64,000 nucleotides of DNA from a virus (Duplodnaviria; Heunggongvirae; Uroviricota; Caudoviricetes). The DNA lies in IMG/VR virus record IMGVR_UViG_3300028601_000019, positions 4,130-68,129 of that record; one strand, written 5' to 3'. The stretch's first letter is position 1; each line of letters starts with the position of its first letter. The notes beneath the pieces were generated by a model that did no database searches, had not been told where the DNA came from, and was given only the letters and a program-made list of their open reading frames with translations. The translations under genes were made by a program, and so were the position numbers. Shown piece after piece: positions 29,117 to 38,710 of the stretch.

Positions 29117-29262
29117 CCTTGGATAATGGGTTTATTGATGCTATTATTACATGGAATGATGGTGAGCGTGTAAATGTGACGGATGAAAAGGTTGATTATA
29201 ACATGCTCATGAATAAGCCGAACCTCTTTGCCACTACATATCTTGTTGAGGAAGCCCATTAA
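29041..29262 (+). CDS. Hypothetical protein of 73 aa in the +1 frame relative to the 28794 gene.
   Basis: Clean ORF without TGA. Confidence 0.35.
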   Translation: MFTYVGSILDDGNFVYSIVIRMYLHSLDNGFIDAIITWNDGERVNVTDEKVDYNMLMNKPNLFATTYLVEEAH

Positions 29263-29287
29263 TAATTTAACTTAGAGGAAAATTAAA

Positions 29288-29584
29288 ATGTGTGAAAATT
29301 CTACGATTATTGTTTATGATCCTTATGGAAATGCAAATTTGACCAATGACGGCAATTTGCATGAAAAGGCAAAGGAACTTCTTACTGACTTTAGGGTACA
29401 TGAGATTTATAGGTCCATTACCATTACTGTATGTCAGAAGTCTCTTGCAGGAACCCTTGTTTCCATGTGCAAAAGCAATTATCCCAATTATGGGTGGGTA
29501 AAGGTTTTTGACCCCTATAATGCTCTAACCAATTCCAAGTATCTGAAACATTACGTTCAGAATTCAAGTCCCGAAATCGACTAA
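29288..29584 (+). CDS. Hypothetical protein, 98 aa.
   Basis: GAGGAAAATTAAA ribosome-binding site. Confidence 0.5.
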   Translation: MCENSTIIVYDPYGNANLTNDGNLHEKAKELLTDFRVHEIYRSITITVCQKSLAGTLVSMCKSNYPNYGWVKVFDPYNALTNSKYLKHYVQNSSPEID

Positions 29585-29592
29585 TCTTTTTT

Positions 29593-29658
29593 GGGAGAGA
29601 TGAACCTCTTTGAGGTCATAGCAAGCCTTGAACTTGCCTCAATTAAATTGACTCTCCC
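29593..29658 (+). repeat. 66-nt structured intergenic repeat, copy 2.
   Basis: Identical to 25858..25923. Confidence 0.7.
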
Positions 29659-29683
29659 CTTCTTTATTTAAAAGGACTTATAT

Positions 29684-30226
29684 ATGGAAAAATATTTTAA
29701 AAATTTGGTTGAAGATTTAGAATGTTTACTTGATGATTATGTTGTTTACCCATATAAAAGAATTAGAGATAAGTATTACGATGTTAAATATGGAATCAAG
29801 AACCTAATTCGATGGTTCCCAGTTATTTGGGGTGATCGTGATTGGGATTTTGCATATATGTTTGCTCTTCTCGAAAAGAAGTTTGAACACTATGAAAAAG
29901 AGTGGAGTTCTGATGCATGTTTTGTTGTAGGATCTGAAAAACAAGTAAAGAGATTCAAGATTTGCAAAGAACTTTGTAGACGATTAAAAGATGATTGGTA
30001 TTATCATGAAAATACTTTTATGTTCCATGATAAGAAATGGGGGGATTTAGAATTTACAGATAGCCCTAGATGTATTACACGAACAAATATAAAATCTAAG
30101 GAAGATGATGATCTTGAAGCAACAGAATCCCTTAGATTATTTAAGATTGAAAATGCAAGAAAAGATGCGGATGTTGAACTTCTTCAAATGTATATTAGAA
30201 AATATTGGAAGACATGGTGGTGGTAA
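29684..30226 (+). CDS. Hypothetical protein, 180 aa.
   Basis: ORF with a ribosome-binding site. Confidence 0.5.
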   Translation: MEKYFKNLVEDLECLLDDYVVYPYKRIRDKYYDVKYGIKNLIRWFPVIWGDRDWDFAYMFALLEKKFEHYEKEWSSDACFVVGSEKQVKRFKICKELCRRLKDDWYYHENTFMFHDKKWGDLEFTDSPRCITRTNIKSKEDDDLEATESLRLFKIENARKDADVELLQMYIRKYWKTWWW

Positions 30227-30227
30227 T

Positions 30228-30525
30228 GGATAGAACATCTGACTCCACAAAGATTGAAAAGATTATTATAATCCACACACCGCTTGGAAGATGCTACTAT
30301 AATGTTGGTGGAATGAGAACTGATACAACAGCATGTATAATGTGTGAAAGTAATATTCCTTTTGAATCTGAATGTATAACGATTAAAATAGACGATTCAT
30401 TTGAAACAGAAGAAATAAATGAATGTGTGAAGTTTCATAAAGATGATTTACTTGATGAACAAGAAAGATTTTTGAAAGAAAAAGAGAAACGAAACTTTAG
30501 AAGAATGTGTAAAGGAAGGAGATAA
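30228..30525 (+). CDS. Hypothetical Cys-rich protein of about 99 aa.
   Basis: ORF. Start chosen at MDRTSDS. Confidence 0.4.
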
Positions 30526-30526
30526 A

Positions 30527-30961
30527 ATGACTATTCAAAATGACCTAATGAAAGAACTGGCTAATACTGCCAAAGAAGGCGTGACTATCCGTAGGAACAA
30601 CATCAAGTTTCTTGTTGGGCAGTTTCAAAGAGTGGCTAAAAACAAGGAAAAGATTGTTGAAGATTCTGAAGCTATCAAGATCATGAAGAATCTTTACTCA
30701 TCAATGAAGGAAATTACTCTTCCAAGTTTGAAAAAAGATGGTTATGAGTATTTTGAAGCCATTGATTTTATTGTCCTTTGTGAGGAACTTCTTCCAAAAA
30801 TGGCTACAGAATCAGAAGTTATTGAATTTCTTACATCTATTGACTTCAAAAGTCTGAAGTCTCCAATGCAAGCTATTGGAATTACAGTAAAACACTTTAA
30901 TGGAAATGTGAAACCTGAACTTGTAAGAAATTGTTTACCTTTTCTTGGGATCTATGTATAG
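30527..30961 (+). CDS. Hypothetical protein, 144 aa.
   Basis: ORF. Confidence 0.5.
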   Translation: MTIQNDLMKELANTAKEGVTIRRNNIKFLVGQFQRVAKNKEKIVEDSEAIKIMKNLYSSMKEITLPSLKKDGYEYFEAIDFIVLCEELLPKMATESEVIEFLTSIDFKSLKSPMQAIGITVKHFNGNVKPELVRNCLPFLGIYV

Positions 30962-30979
30962 TTGCTTTAGGAGGGATAA

Positions 30980-31345
30980 ATGGTTATTGATAATGTTGAT
31001 GAACTAAACGACCAGATTAGTAAATTTTTAAAATTTGAAAAGGATCTTAAAGATTATTTGATTGGTTATTTTAAAAACAAATCAATTTCTCTTGAAGATA
31101 GATGGGCTACCTTTGAAAGAATTGGGAACATTTTTCCAATCCATCCATGGTACATATCACTTAAAGAGCTTGATAATAATGATTTAGAATGGTATGCTGA
31201 TTTTGGATATGATAGATATAGAACAGTTGAATTTCTTGAAGTTGTTCAAACAATTGAAGAAAATGATTATATGGACGTAGATTTAAATAGATTAAAAGAA
31301 GAAATTCTTGAAAGTGGATATTTCGGGTTCACTCACGATTGGTAA
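30980..31345 (+). CDS. Hypothetical protein, 121 aa.
   Basis: GGAGGG ribosome-binding site. Confidence 0.5.
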   Translation: MVIDNVDELNDQISKFLKFEKDLKDYLIGYFKNKSISLEDRWATFERIGNIFPIHPWYISLKELDNNDLEWYADFGYDRYRTVEFLEVVQTIEENDYMDVDLNRLKEEILESGYFGFTHDW

Positions 31346-31584
31346 AAATTAACGGAGGAAAAATGTTAAAATTATATTGTTGGGTTGTTCTTGTGTTTTT
31401 TATTTTGGTAGGAAACTTTGGGTTTGTGTTACCCTATCTTGTATCTGCTGCTCATACTGAGCTTGTTCTTTTGGGTTGTGTTATTGGGTTGATTATTCCT
31501 ATTGCGTTAGTGTTTATTGTTAAATATAAAATTATCCCAATTGTTAAAGAAATGATTGGAAAAGCTACCAAAGGAGAAATGTAG
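31339..31584 (+). CDS. Small protein with two transmembrane helices, 81 aa. A possible NfeD-like partner of the SPFH gene.
   Basis: Two hydrophobic helices. Lies immediately upstream of the SPFH gene. Confidence 0.45.
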   Translation: MVKINGGKMLKLYCWVVLVFFILVGNFGFVLPYLVSAAHTELVLLGCVIGLIIPIALVFIVKYKIIPIVKEMIGKATKGEM

Positions 31585-31585
31585 A

Positions 31586-32449
31586 ATGAAAAAGATTATG
31601 TTGCTTGTGGGTCTAATGTTGATGATGTTTATGTGTACCGGATGCCTTGAGCGTGTTCCTTCTGGCCATGTTGGTGTAAAGGTTTTCCTACTTGGCGGTG
31701 ATAAAGGCGTAGATAGTCAAGAACTTGGGGTTGGTCGTTATTGGATTGGATGGAATGAGGAATTACATATTTTCCCAACATTTACTCAAAACTATGTTTG
31801 GACTGCCGATGTAACAGAGGGTTCTGAAACAGATGAATCAATTACATTCCAAACAATGGAAGGACTATCAGTAAATGCTGATATTGGTATTGCATATCAT
31901 ATTGATCCTACTAAGGTATCAGTAATTTTTCAGAAGTATCGTAAGGGTGTGCAAGAAATTACTGATATTTACCTACGAAACATTGTAAGAGATGCCTTTG
32001 CAACTGTCGCATCTAATCGCCCTGTAGAGTTTGTTTATGGTGAAGGAAAATCTGAACTTAGAACAGAAGTTGAAAATATTGTAAAGGCTAAAGTTGAACC
32101 AATTGGTATTATCATTGAACAGATTTCTTTTGTAGGCAATTTAAGACTTCCAGAAACTGTTATTAGTGCCATTAATGCTAAGATTGAGGCAACACAAACG
32201 GCACAGAGAGCAGAAAATCAACTTCGTGAAGCAGAGGCAGAAGCACGAAAGAAGATTGCAGAAGCTCAAGGCCAAGCCGAATCCATTAAGTTGGTCGCAA
32301 TTTCACAAGCCGAAGCTAACAAGATTCTTAGTGCATCTATTACATCTAACCTAGTAGAATATAAGCGTATTGAAAAGTGGAACGGGATCATGCCAACATA
32401 TATGGCAGGGAACATGCCAACACCAATGTTAAATATGAAGTCTGAGTAA
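31586..32449 (+). CDS. SPFH/Band-7 (prohibitin/HflK-like) family lipoprotein, 287 aa.
   Basis: Signal peptide with a lipobox (MKKIMLLVGLMLMMFMCTGC). SPFH core GHVGVKVFLLGG... A C-terminal EA-repeat coiled coil (REAEAEARKKIAEAQGQAE). Confidence 0.65.
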   Translation: MKKIMLLVGLMLMMFMCTGCLERVPSGHVGVKVFLLGGDKGVDSQELGVGRYWIGWNEELHIFPTFTQNYVWTADVTEGSETDESITFQTMEGLSVNADIGIAYHIDPTKVSVIFQKYRKGVQEITDIYLRNIVRDAFATVASNRPVEFVYGEGKSELRTEVENIVKAKVEPIGIIIEQISFVGNLRLPETVISAINAKIEATQTAQRAENQLREAEAEARKKIAEAQGQAESIKLVAISQAEANKILSASITSNLVEYKRIEKWNGIMPTYMAGNMPTPMLNMKSE

Positions 32450-32466
32450 AATAACTGTTTACAAGT

Positions 32467-32505
32467 ATGAAAGGGTTTGATAGGGTTTTCTTATCAAACC
32501 CTTTC
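32467..32505 (+). terminator. Hairpin GAAAGGGTTTGATA-gggttttct-TATCAAACCCTTTC, with a 14-bp stem.
   Basis: Perfect inverted repeat after the SPFH gene. The following T-run is weak. Confidence 0.55.
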
Positions 32506-32522
32506 ACATTTAGGAGATTAGA

Positions 32523-32591
32523 AATGGCAACAATTCACAATAATGGATGGGATTTTGTTAAAGAAGGAGAAACATACCAATATTATATTTA
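32523..32591 (+). CDS. Short ORF of 22 aa (MATIHNNGWDFVKEGETYQYYI) that ends at the IS left boundary. It may be the remnant of an interrupted gene.
   Basis: GGAG ribosome-binding site. The stop TAG is the first IS nucleotides. Confidence 0.25.
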
Positions 32592-33926
32592 GATTCATTT
32601 TCTAATGAAGAATATTGATGTTTTAATGAATTTTTCATTAATTTCCTCCTGAAATTATAAAATTAGTCAAAAACAAAATTTGTTTTCTATATATAATATT
32701 AAAATTAGGATTTCCAATGATTAGATCATCCAAGCACATTTTGAAGTATCAGACTGGTTCAAAGACGAGAGTCTTGAACCAGCTGTTTGACGACTTCAGA
32801 ACAGATTTGTCTTGGTACATAGATCTAATCATTTCGGGGCAATTGCCACTGACCAAGTTCATGTCATCCAAGGACTTGCCTTCAGGGATCATTACTCACT
32901 CCCAATGGAAACAAATTCTATACAAGACAGCATCTGAAATTGTTCGTTCTCAATACAAACAAGCCTCAAATCGACGATTCAAGCATTACAAGAAATTGTT
33001 CCATAGGTGCATTAGTGCAAATAAGCATTGTTCTTTCACTGATAAGAGATTTAGTGAACTGAACCTCAAACCAATTCATCAATCTAGGTTCTTTAGTAAA
33101 CCAGATCTAAAGAATTTCTCAATAACACTAGATTTAAGATTGATTGATTTTCAATATGGACTTCATTTCGATGAATTTGTTAGAATCAAGACTCCATTGT
33201 TTCATGAACACAAGAAACGAGCTATTACAATCAATGTCCCAATCAAGCATCACAAGCATAGTCGTAAGTTTGAGTCTTGGAAACGCAAGAACTCAGTTAG
33301 ATTGACACTAAAGAACAATGTCATGAATCTTGAATTGATCTATGAGAAAGAAGCTCCAAAACTAAAGACCAATGGTTCTGTTCTTGGAATTGATCAAGGC
33401 TATAAGAAATTATTGTCTTGTTCCGATGGAACATTTCTTGGTTCCGAAATGGAATCAATCTACAAATTCATTTCAAACAAAAAGCAAGGTTCCAAATCCT
33501 TCAAGAGAGCATTGATTCATAGGACCAATGAAACGAATCGAATTTGTAATTCTCTAAATCTTTCTAATGTCAAAGAGCTTGTTGTCGAGGACCTCAAGAA
33601 CCTAAAACATAAAACTAAACTAAGTACTAATTTTATGAACAAGATGCAACGCTGGGTTTACCCAGCAGTACTGGGCAAATTGGAATCCTTGGCTGAAATG
33701 AACGATGTTCATTTCACGAAGGTGAATCCTGCTTATACTTCGCAGACATGTTCACAATGCGGATGTGTAGATCCTGGGTCTCGCCAAGGCGAAGGCTTCA
33801 GGTGTTTGCACTGTGGACATGAGATTGATGCAGATTGAAATGCATCAATCAATATTGCCCGTTTGGGAATTTATAGTTCCCAAAGTCCAAAAAGCTAATT
33901 TCATTGTTCTTCATTGAAATTAGTAA
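32588..33926 (+). mobile_element. IS605/IS1341-family TnpB-only element, copy 2.
   Basis: More than 90% identical to 978..2312 across the left end, tnpB and the right end. Confidence 0.75.
32717..33898 (+). CDS. tnpB: TnpB, copy 2, about 393 aa. The terminal TGA is read as Trp.
   Basis: Same motifs as copy 1: CSQCGC...CLHCGHEIDAD-TGA-NASINIARLG. Confidence 0.85.
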
Positions 33927-34149
33927 CTATCTATAGTAACAAAAAAACGTAGTTGTGGGAAACCTTCATATGAATCAATGTGTTTTGCTCTACAAAACAT
34001 GGCCCAAGTTATGAAGGAAAACAACATTACAGAAGTTTTTATGCCTAGAATTGGTTGTGGTTTAGACCGACTATCTTGGCCAGCAGTAAGGGAACAACTC
34101 AAATATGTGTTTGGCGATAGTGAGGTAACTTTCAATGTCTACTATCTCT
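33927..34149 (+). pseudogene. Macro-domain C-terminal fragment. The N-terminal half is missing and the frame opens exactly at the IS right end.
   Basis: YESMCFALQNMAQVMKENNITEVFMPRIGCGLDRLSW...EVTFNVYY resembles the macro C-terminal strands (SIAFPAISTG type). There is no VNAAN/GGGV region upstream. Confidence 0.4.
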
Positions 34150-34632
34150 AATATATTTGAAAATAGTTTGATTGAAAGTTTTAAAGGAGATTATGTATTT
34201 TTAAGTAATTTTTATTTTACATATGTTCTTTATGATGGCATTGTTTGAAAAACAGCTGAGCATGCATATCAGGCCTCTAAAACTCTTGATCCAAAAGAAA
34301 AGAAATGGATATTAGATTGTCCTACTCCACACCTTACCAAAGATTTGGGCCAAAGACTATCATTAAGGGAAGATTGGAATAAAGTAAAGATTCAAATTAT
34401 GAGAGATATTATATTTCAAAAGTTTGAAGCTAATAAAAACATTAAAGATAAACTTATTGCAACACATCCATTTATACTAATTGAGGGAAATGTATGGCAT
34501 GACAACTTTTGAGGGATGTGTAAATGTATAAAATGTGAAAATTTAAAAGTAAAGCATAATCACCTAGGAATTATTCTTATGGAATTGCGATCTTTATATA
34601 TAAACAATTCAGTGTTTTTTAAGGAGAATTAA
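34135..34632 (+). CDS. NADAR (YbiA/DUF1768) domain protein, 165 aa, with 2 in-frame TGA.
   Basis: GDYVFLSNFY and TAEHAYQASK motifs. Confidence 0.6.
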
Positions 34633-34953
34633 ATGAAGGTTATTACATTGTGTGGATCTACAAAATTTCGCAAGGAATTTGAAGATGTAATGAGAGAAGA
34701 AACACTAAAAGGAAATCTTGTATTTAGTGTTGGATTGTTTGGACATTCTGAGGGAATGAATATGTCAAGTCCATTAAAGAAAATGCTTGATAAACTTCAT
34801 TTCCGTAAGATTGATATGTCTGATGAAATTTTTGTTATTAATCCAAATGGTTATATTGGTCTTTCTACTTGTGATGAAATCTATTATGCTTTATCTCAAG
34901 GGAAAACTGTAAGATTTTTAGAGGGTGATATGGAGAAACATGAATGTCTATAA
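34633..34953 (+). CDS. Nucleoside 2-deoxyribosyltransferase/DNPH1 (Rcl)-like protein, 106 aa.
   Basis: ITLCGSTKF ... DEIFVINPNGYIGLSTCDEIYYALSQGKTV resembles the Rcl/NDT Rossmann-like pattern. Confidence 0.4.
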   Translation: MKVITLCGSTKFRKEFEDVMREETLKGNLVFSVGLFGHSEGMNMSSPLKKMLDKLHFRKIDMSDEIFVINPNGYIGLSTCDEIYYALSQGKTVRFLEGDMEKHECL

Positions 34954-36971
34954 TTCACTTAGAAGAACTTAAGCTTAAGAATTTTCTATCTTATGGATCT
35001 ACTTTATCTACTTTCAAGATTAATTCAGGGTTGACTTTAATCTCGGGTCAGAACAAAGATACATCAAGATCAAATGGCGCAGGTAAGTCTGGACTCAATG
35101 AAAGTATTGTGTGGTCTTTATTTGGAAAAACAATCAAAGATATTTCAAAAGATCAGATTCTTAACTGGAAAAATAAAAAGAAATGTTATGTTGAAATTTC
35201 TTTTACTATTGATGAAATTAAGTATCGTGTCGAACGAGGGATTAAACCAAATATTTTAAAGATCTTTAAGGATGATGTTGAAATAGAACAAATGGCATCT
35301 GTTGTTGATTTTCAAAAATATCTAGAAGATGAAATTTTAAAAATTGATTATAAAACTTTTGTTTCTTTATTTTATTATAATCCAAATAACTTTGTTTCGA
35401 TTTTTGATATTCCTAAAGCTCAAAAAAGAAAGTTTTTGGAAAACATCTTTAATCTTGAAGCATATTCTGATATTAAGAATAAGATAAATAAAAAAGTCTC
35501 AAGCATAGATAACACTGTTCTTGAAAATAAAACAGCAATGTCAAAAAATGAAGAACGAATTTCATCATTAGAATCAAATATCTCAAAATACAATAATGAT
35601 ATTATTTCTATTGATATTTCAACAAATACACTAAATAGGTTAAACAAAGAACTATTAGAAATTCCTGATGATGCACCATCAAATGATGATATTTCTAACT
35701 TAGAAGAAAATATTGCAAATGTTAGAAATCTTGTAGAAAAAATCAACATCTCTCTATCTGAAAACAGGTCAGAGATTAAATCTAATCCATACACAAATGA
35801 TGCTGAAGATAAGCTAAAAGAGTGTGAGACAAAATTAGGTGGAATAACCCAAGATAAAGACCTTGAAAATTTGCTTTATCAAGAATCACTTGAATTTAAA
35901 ATTAAGAAGGATTCATTAAATAATGACCTTCGTAAAGTGTCCCAGAAGGGCGAATATGAGGACCTTGATAACTGTCCTATTTGTGGTTCGAAAATGGATA
36001 ATGAATCGCTTAGGAAGCATAAAGCGCAAGAAAAAGAGCGCATTCAAAAGGAGCTATCTGAGCTTACTTCCAAAGAAAAAGATATTATCGAAAAATATAA
36101 TAATATCAAACAACAGAATTTGGATTTCACATATTACAGTTCAGAAATTGAAAGGTTATCGAACGCTGTTGAAATAAACAAAAAATTTACTGAGCTAATG
36201 AAGTCTAAAGAGAAACTTACTAATACATATGATACATATAAAAGTTCTTTGGATGCAAAAGAACTTCAATTAAAGGAAATGAGGGAACTTGTATCAAAAT
36301 CTAATAAAGAACCTTTACTTGCTCTGATTAAAGCAGAATCTGAAAAAATTGAAGAAAGAAAAATTCAGATTCAGAAGCTTGAAGAATATAAAGGAAATGC
36401 TATTGCTGAAGTTACTCTTTTAAAGAGTGAAAATGTTGAACTCAATAAAAAGAACACTAACATTAGTCTTCTAAAAGATTACTACAGCTTCCTGAAGAGG
36501 CTCTGTGGTGACGATCAAATTAAGCAATATGCCATTAGTAGTCTAGTACCTATCATTAACCAGAGAGCTAACCATTACCTTTCGGAAGCGGCTGTAGGCT
36601 TCTATATTAAGTTAGATGGATGGCTTGATTGTGAAATTAAGGGTGCAGGAATTTCAAATGCTACTGCAAATAGTTTATCTGGTGGTGAGAAAAAATCTTT
36701 AGAACTTGCACTTCAATTTGCTCTGTATGATATTTCAAAACTTAAATGTAAAAATTTACCAAATATTCTTATTCTTGATGAAATTCTTGATTCATCAGTA
36801 GATGTAAAGGGAATTGAAAATCTCATGAATATTGTAAAAGTAAAACAAACTGAAGATGATCTTGCTTGTTTAATTATTTCACATAGAAAAGAAGTTAGTT
36901 CGTTTACATTTGATAATAGAATGACTATAGTAAAATCAAATGGCTATAGTTCAATTAAAGAGGAGAATTAA
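34944..36971 (+). CDS. gp46: Rad50/SbcC-like recombination ATPase (T4 gp46-like), 675 aa.
   Basis: Walker A motif GQNKDTSRSNGAGKSGL. Long coiled-coil region. ABC signature LSGGEKKS. D-loop ILILDEILD. No TGA. Confidence 0.8.
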   Translation: MSIIHLEELKLKNFLSYGSTLSTFKINSGLTLISGQNKDTSRSNGAGKSGLNESIVWSLFGKTIKDISKDQILNWKNKKKCYVEISFTIDEIKYRVERGIKPNILKIFKDDVEIEQMASVVDFQKYLEDEILKIDYKTFVSLFYYNPNNFVSIFDIPKAQKRKFLENIFNLEAYSDIKNKINKKVSSIDNTVLENKTAMSKNEERISSLESNISKYNNDIISIDISTNTLNRLNKELLEIPDDAPSNDDISNLEENIANVRNLVEKINISLSENRSEIKSNPYTNDAEDKLKECETKLGGITQDKDLENLLYQESLEFKIKKDSLNNDLRKVSQKGEYEDLDNCPICGSKMDNESLRKHKAQEKERIQKELSELTSKEKDIIEKYNNIKQQNLDFTYYSSEIERLSNAVEINKKFTELMKSKEKLTNTYDTYKSSLDAKELQLKEMRELVSKSNKEPLLALIKAESEKIEERKIQIQKLEEYKGNAIAEVTLLKSENVELNKKNTNISLLKDYYSFLKRLCGDDQIKQYAISSLVPIINQRANHYLSEAAVGFYIKLDGWLDCEIKGAGISNATANSLSGGEKKSLELALQFALYDISKLKCKNLPNILILDEILDSSVDVKGIENLMNIVKVKQTEDDLACLIISHRKEVSSFTFDNRMTIVKSNGYSSIKEEN

Positions 36972-37406
36972 ATGGTAGCAACAGATTTAGAGCTTTTGGA
37001 AGATCTTTGGGAAGAGGTAAATAATTCAGAAATCATTCCTTTTGGAAATGATGCTTTTCTTAATAAAGAATCTTTAACTATGTTTTTATTAAATGATCTT
37101 GTGATGATCACTGTAGATAGTGGACAATATTTTGTAAGTTTTAGTTGTGAAGTTGATGAAGCTTTTATTATTGCTGATGTTGTATTTTTTCTTTTTGAAA
37201 AGACGGGCGTAAAGCCAACTGTAATTGATAATTTTTATATTCAGTTTGTTGAAGAAAAATCAGAACCAAATTTCTTAATGGGTGATGAAGCTAGAGTTGT
37301 TTGTCTAAAAGATAAATGTTTCGAAACATTTAGAGAACTTCTTCAGACAAAGAATATGGGCGACTTTCTTGAAGATTTGGATGTGGAGGAGATGGTAAAA
37401 TGTTAG
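36972..37406 (+). CDS. Hypothetical acidic protein, 144 aa.
   Basis: ORF abutting gp46. Confidence 0.5.
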   Translation: MVATDLELLEDLWEEVNNSEIIPFGNDAFLNKESLTMFLLNDLVMITVDSGQYFVSFSCEVDEAFIIADVVFFLFEKTGVKPTVIDNFYIQFVEEKSEPNFLMGDEARVVCLKDKCFETFRELLQTKNMGDFLEDLDVEEMVKC

Positions 37407-37648
37407 AATTTAAATATATTATTACTAAAAAGAATGTTAGTGCATTTAAAGGAAAATCTGTATATGGCAAACATCATGAAGTTGGCGATAAAGCTGTATT
37501 TCTAATGATTCAAACTGAAGAAAATAAAAATGCAACTAAGTTTGAAGTTGTTCAACTTTTTGAAGTGGAAAAAGAAATGTTTTTGAATGAATATGAATTT
37601 GTAGAAAAGAAAGATGTTTTTTGTGTTTTTAAAAAGAAGGAGATGTAA
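37400..37648 (+). CDS. Hypothetical protein, 82 aa.
   Basis: ORF. Confidence 0.45.
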   Translation: MLEFKYIITKKNVSAFKGKSVYGKHHEVGDKAVFLMIQTEENKNATKFEVVQLFEVEKEMFLNEYEFVEKKDVFCVFKKKEM

Positions 37649-38701
37649 ATGAGTTTATTAGATCTAAAAAAGAAGATTGAGAAAGCATCAAAGGGTATTC
37701 ATGTTTCGATTCTTTCAGAATCAGATATTGCACATGTTAGTGAGTGAATTCCTACTCCAAGTTATGATCTAAACCGAGTTTTAACAGGAAATCTTTTTAA
37801 AGGTCTTCCTGAAAAAAGTTTAACTTACCTCGTGGGGGTCGAGGCCTCGTTCAAATCATCCTTTTCATGTCTTTGCGCTGCAAATGCTCAAAAACAAGGA
37901 TACACTCCTATTGTTATAGATTCTGAGGGTGCATGAACGGGTGATTTCGTAAAGCGATGGGGACTTGACCCCGATAATATGCTTTACATTTATGAGCCTT
38001 TTGTAGATAATGTATGTGCTACTATTGCTCAGCTTATTGATTCTGATGATGAAAAGTTTATCATTATTTTGGATTCACTTGGTGGATTGGAAAATGAAAA
38101 GCTTCTTACAGATGCAACTTCCGGTGATGTAAAAGCAGATCAAGGTGGTTTACAAAAAAGAATTAAGCGTTTATTGAAATTAATGCTTAATTTAATCAAA
38201 AAGAAAAAATCTATTGGTATTTATACTGGGCATATGTATGGTAATCCGGGGGCGTCATATGGGCCAACTGAAAGTATAGGGGGAGGTAAATTTGCCGCCC
38301 TGGCCCCGGACACAATAATTCAGTTAAAAAAATCAAAAAATATAGATAAAGATAAAAATGTAATTGGAAATTTGGTAACTGCAACAACATTAAAAAATAG
38401 ATTTTATCCAGCATTTAATCAATGTATTATTGATATTAATTATACTGACGGAATTCAGAGAAAGGCAGGAATGGTGGAACTTGCAATCAAGGCTGGGTAT
38501 ATTGACAAGGCCGGGGCTGGGTGGATGACAAATACTATTACAAACGAAAAGGTTCAGGGCGAATTAAAAGCTGAAGCATGGATCAATGATGATATGCTTA
38601 ATAAACTTAATGAGTTTCTTGAAGATACTGGTTATAGCACAATCAATGAAGAACTTAAAGAGGAACTTGTTGATGCTGAGACTGGTGAAGTAAAATTATA
38701 G
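37649..38701 (+). CDS. uvsX: RecA-like recombinase UvsX, 350 aa, with 2 in-frame TGA.
   Basis: IPTPSYDLNRVLTGNLFKGLPEKSLTYLVGVEASFKSSF matches T4 UvsX IPMMNIALSGEITGGMQSGLLILAGPSKSFKSNF. IILDSLGGLENEK matches VFIDSLGNLASKK. One TGA aligns with Phe in T4. Confidence 0.8.
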
Positions 38702-38710
38702 GAGATATAT

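Noticed and set aside
35420-36177. ORFs 35420..35794(-), 35074..35259 and 35923..36177.
   Set aside because: They lie inside or antisense to the gp46 SbcC-like gene.
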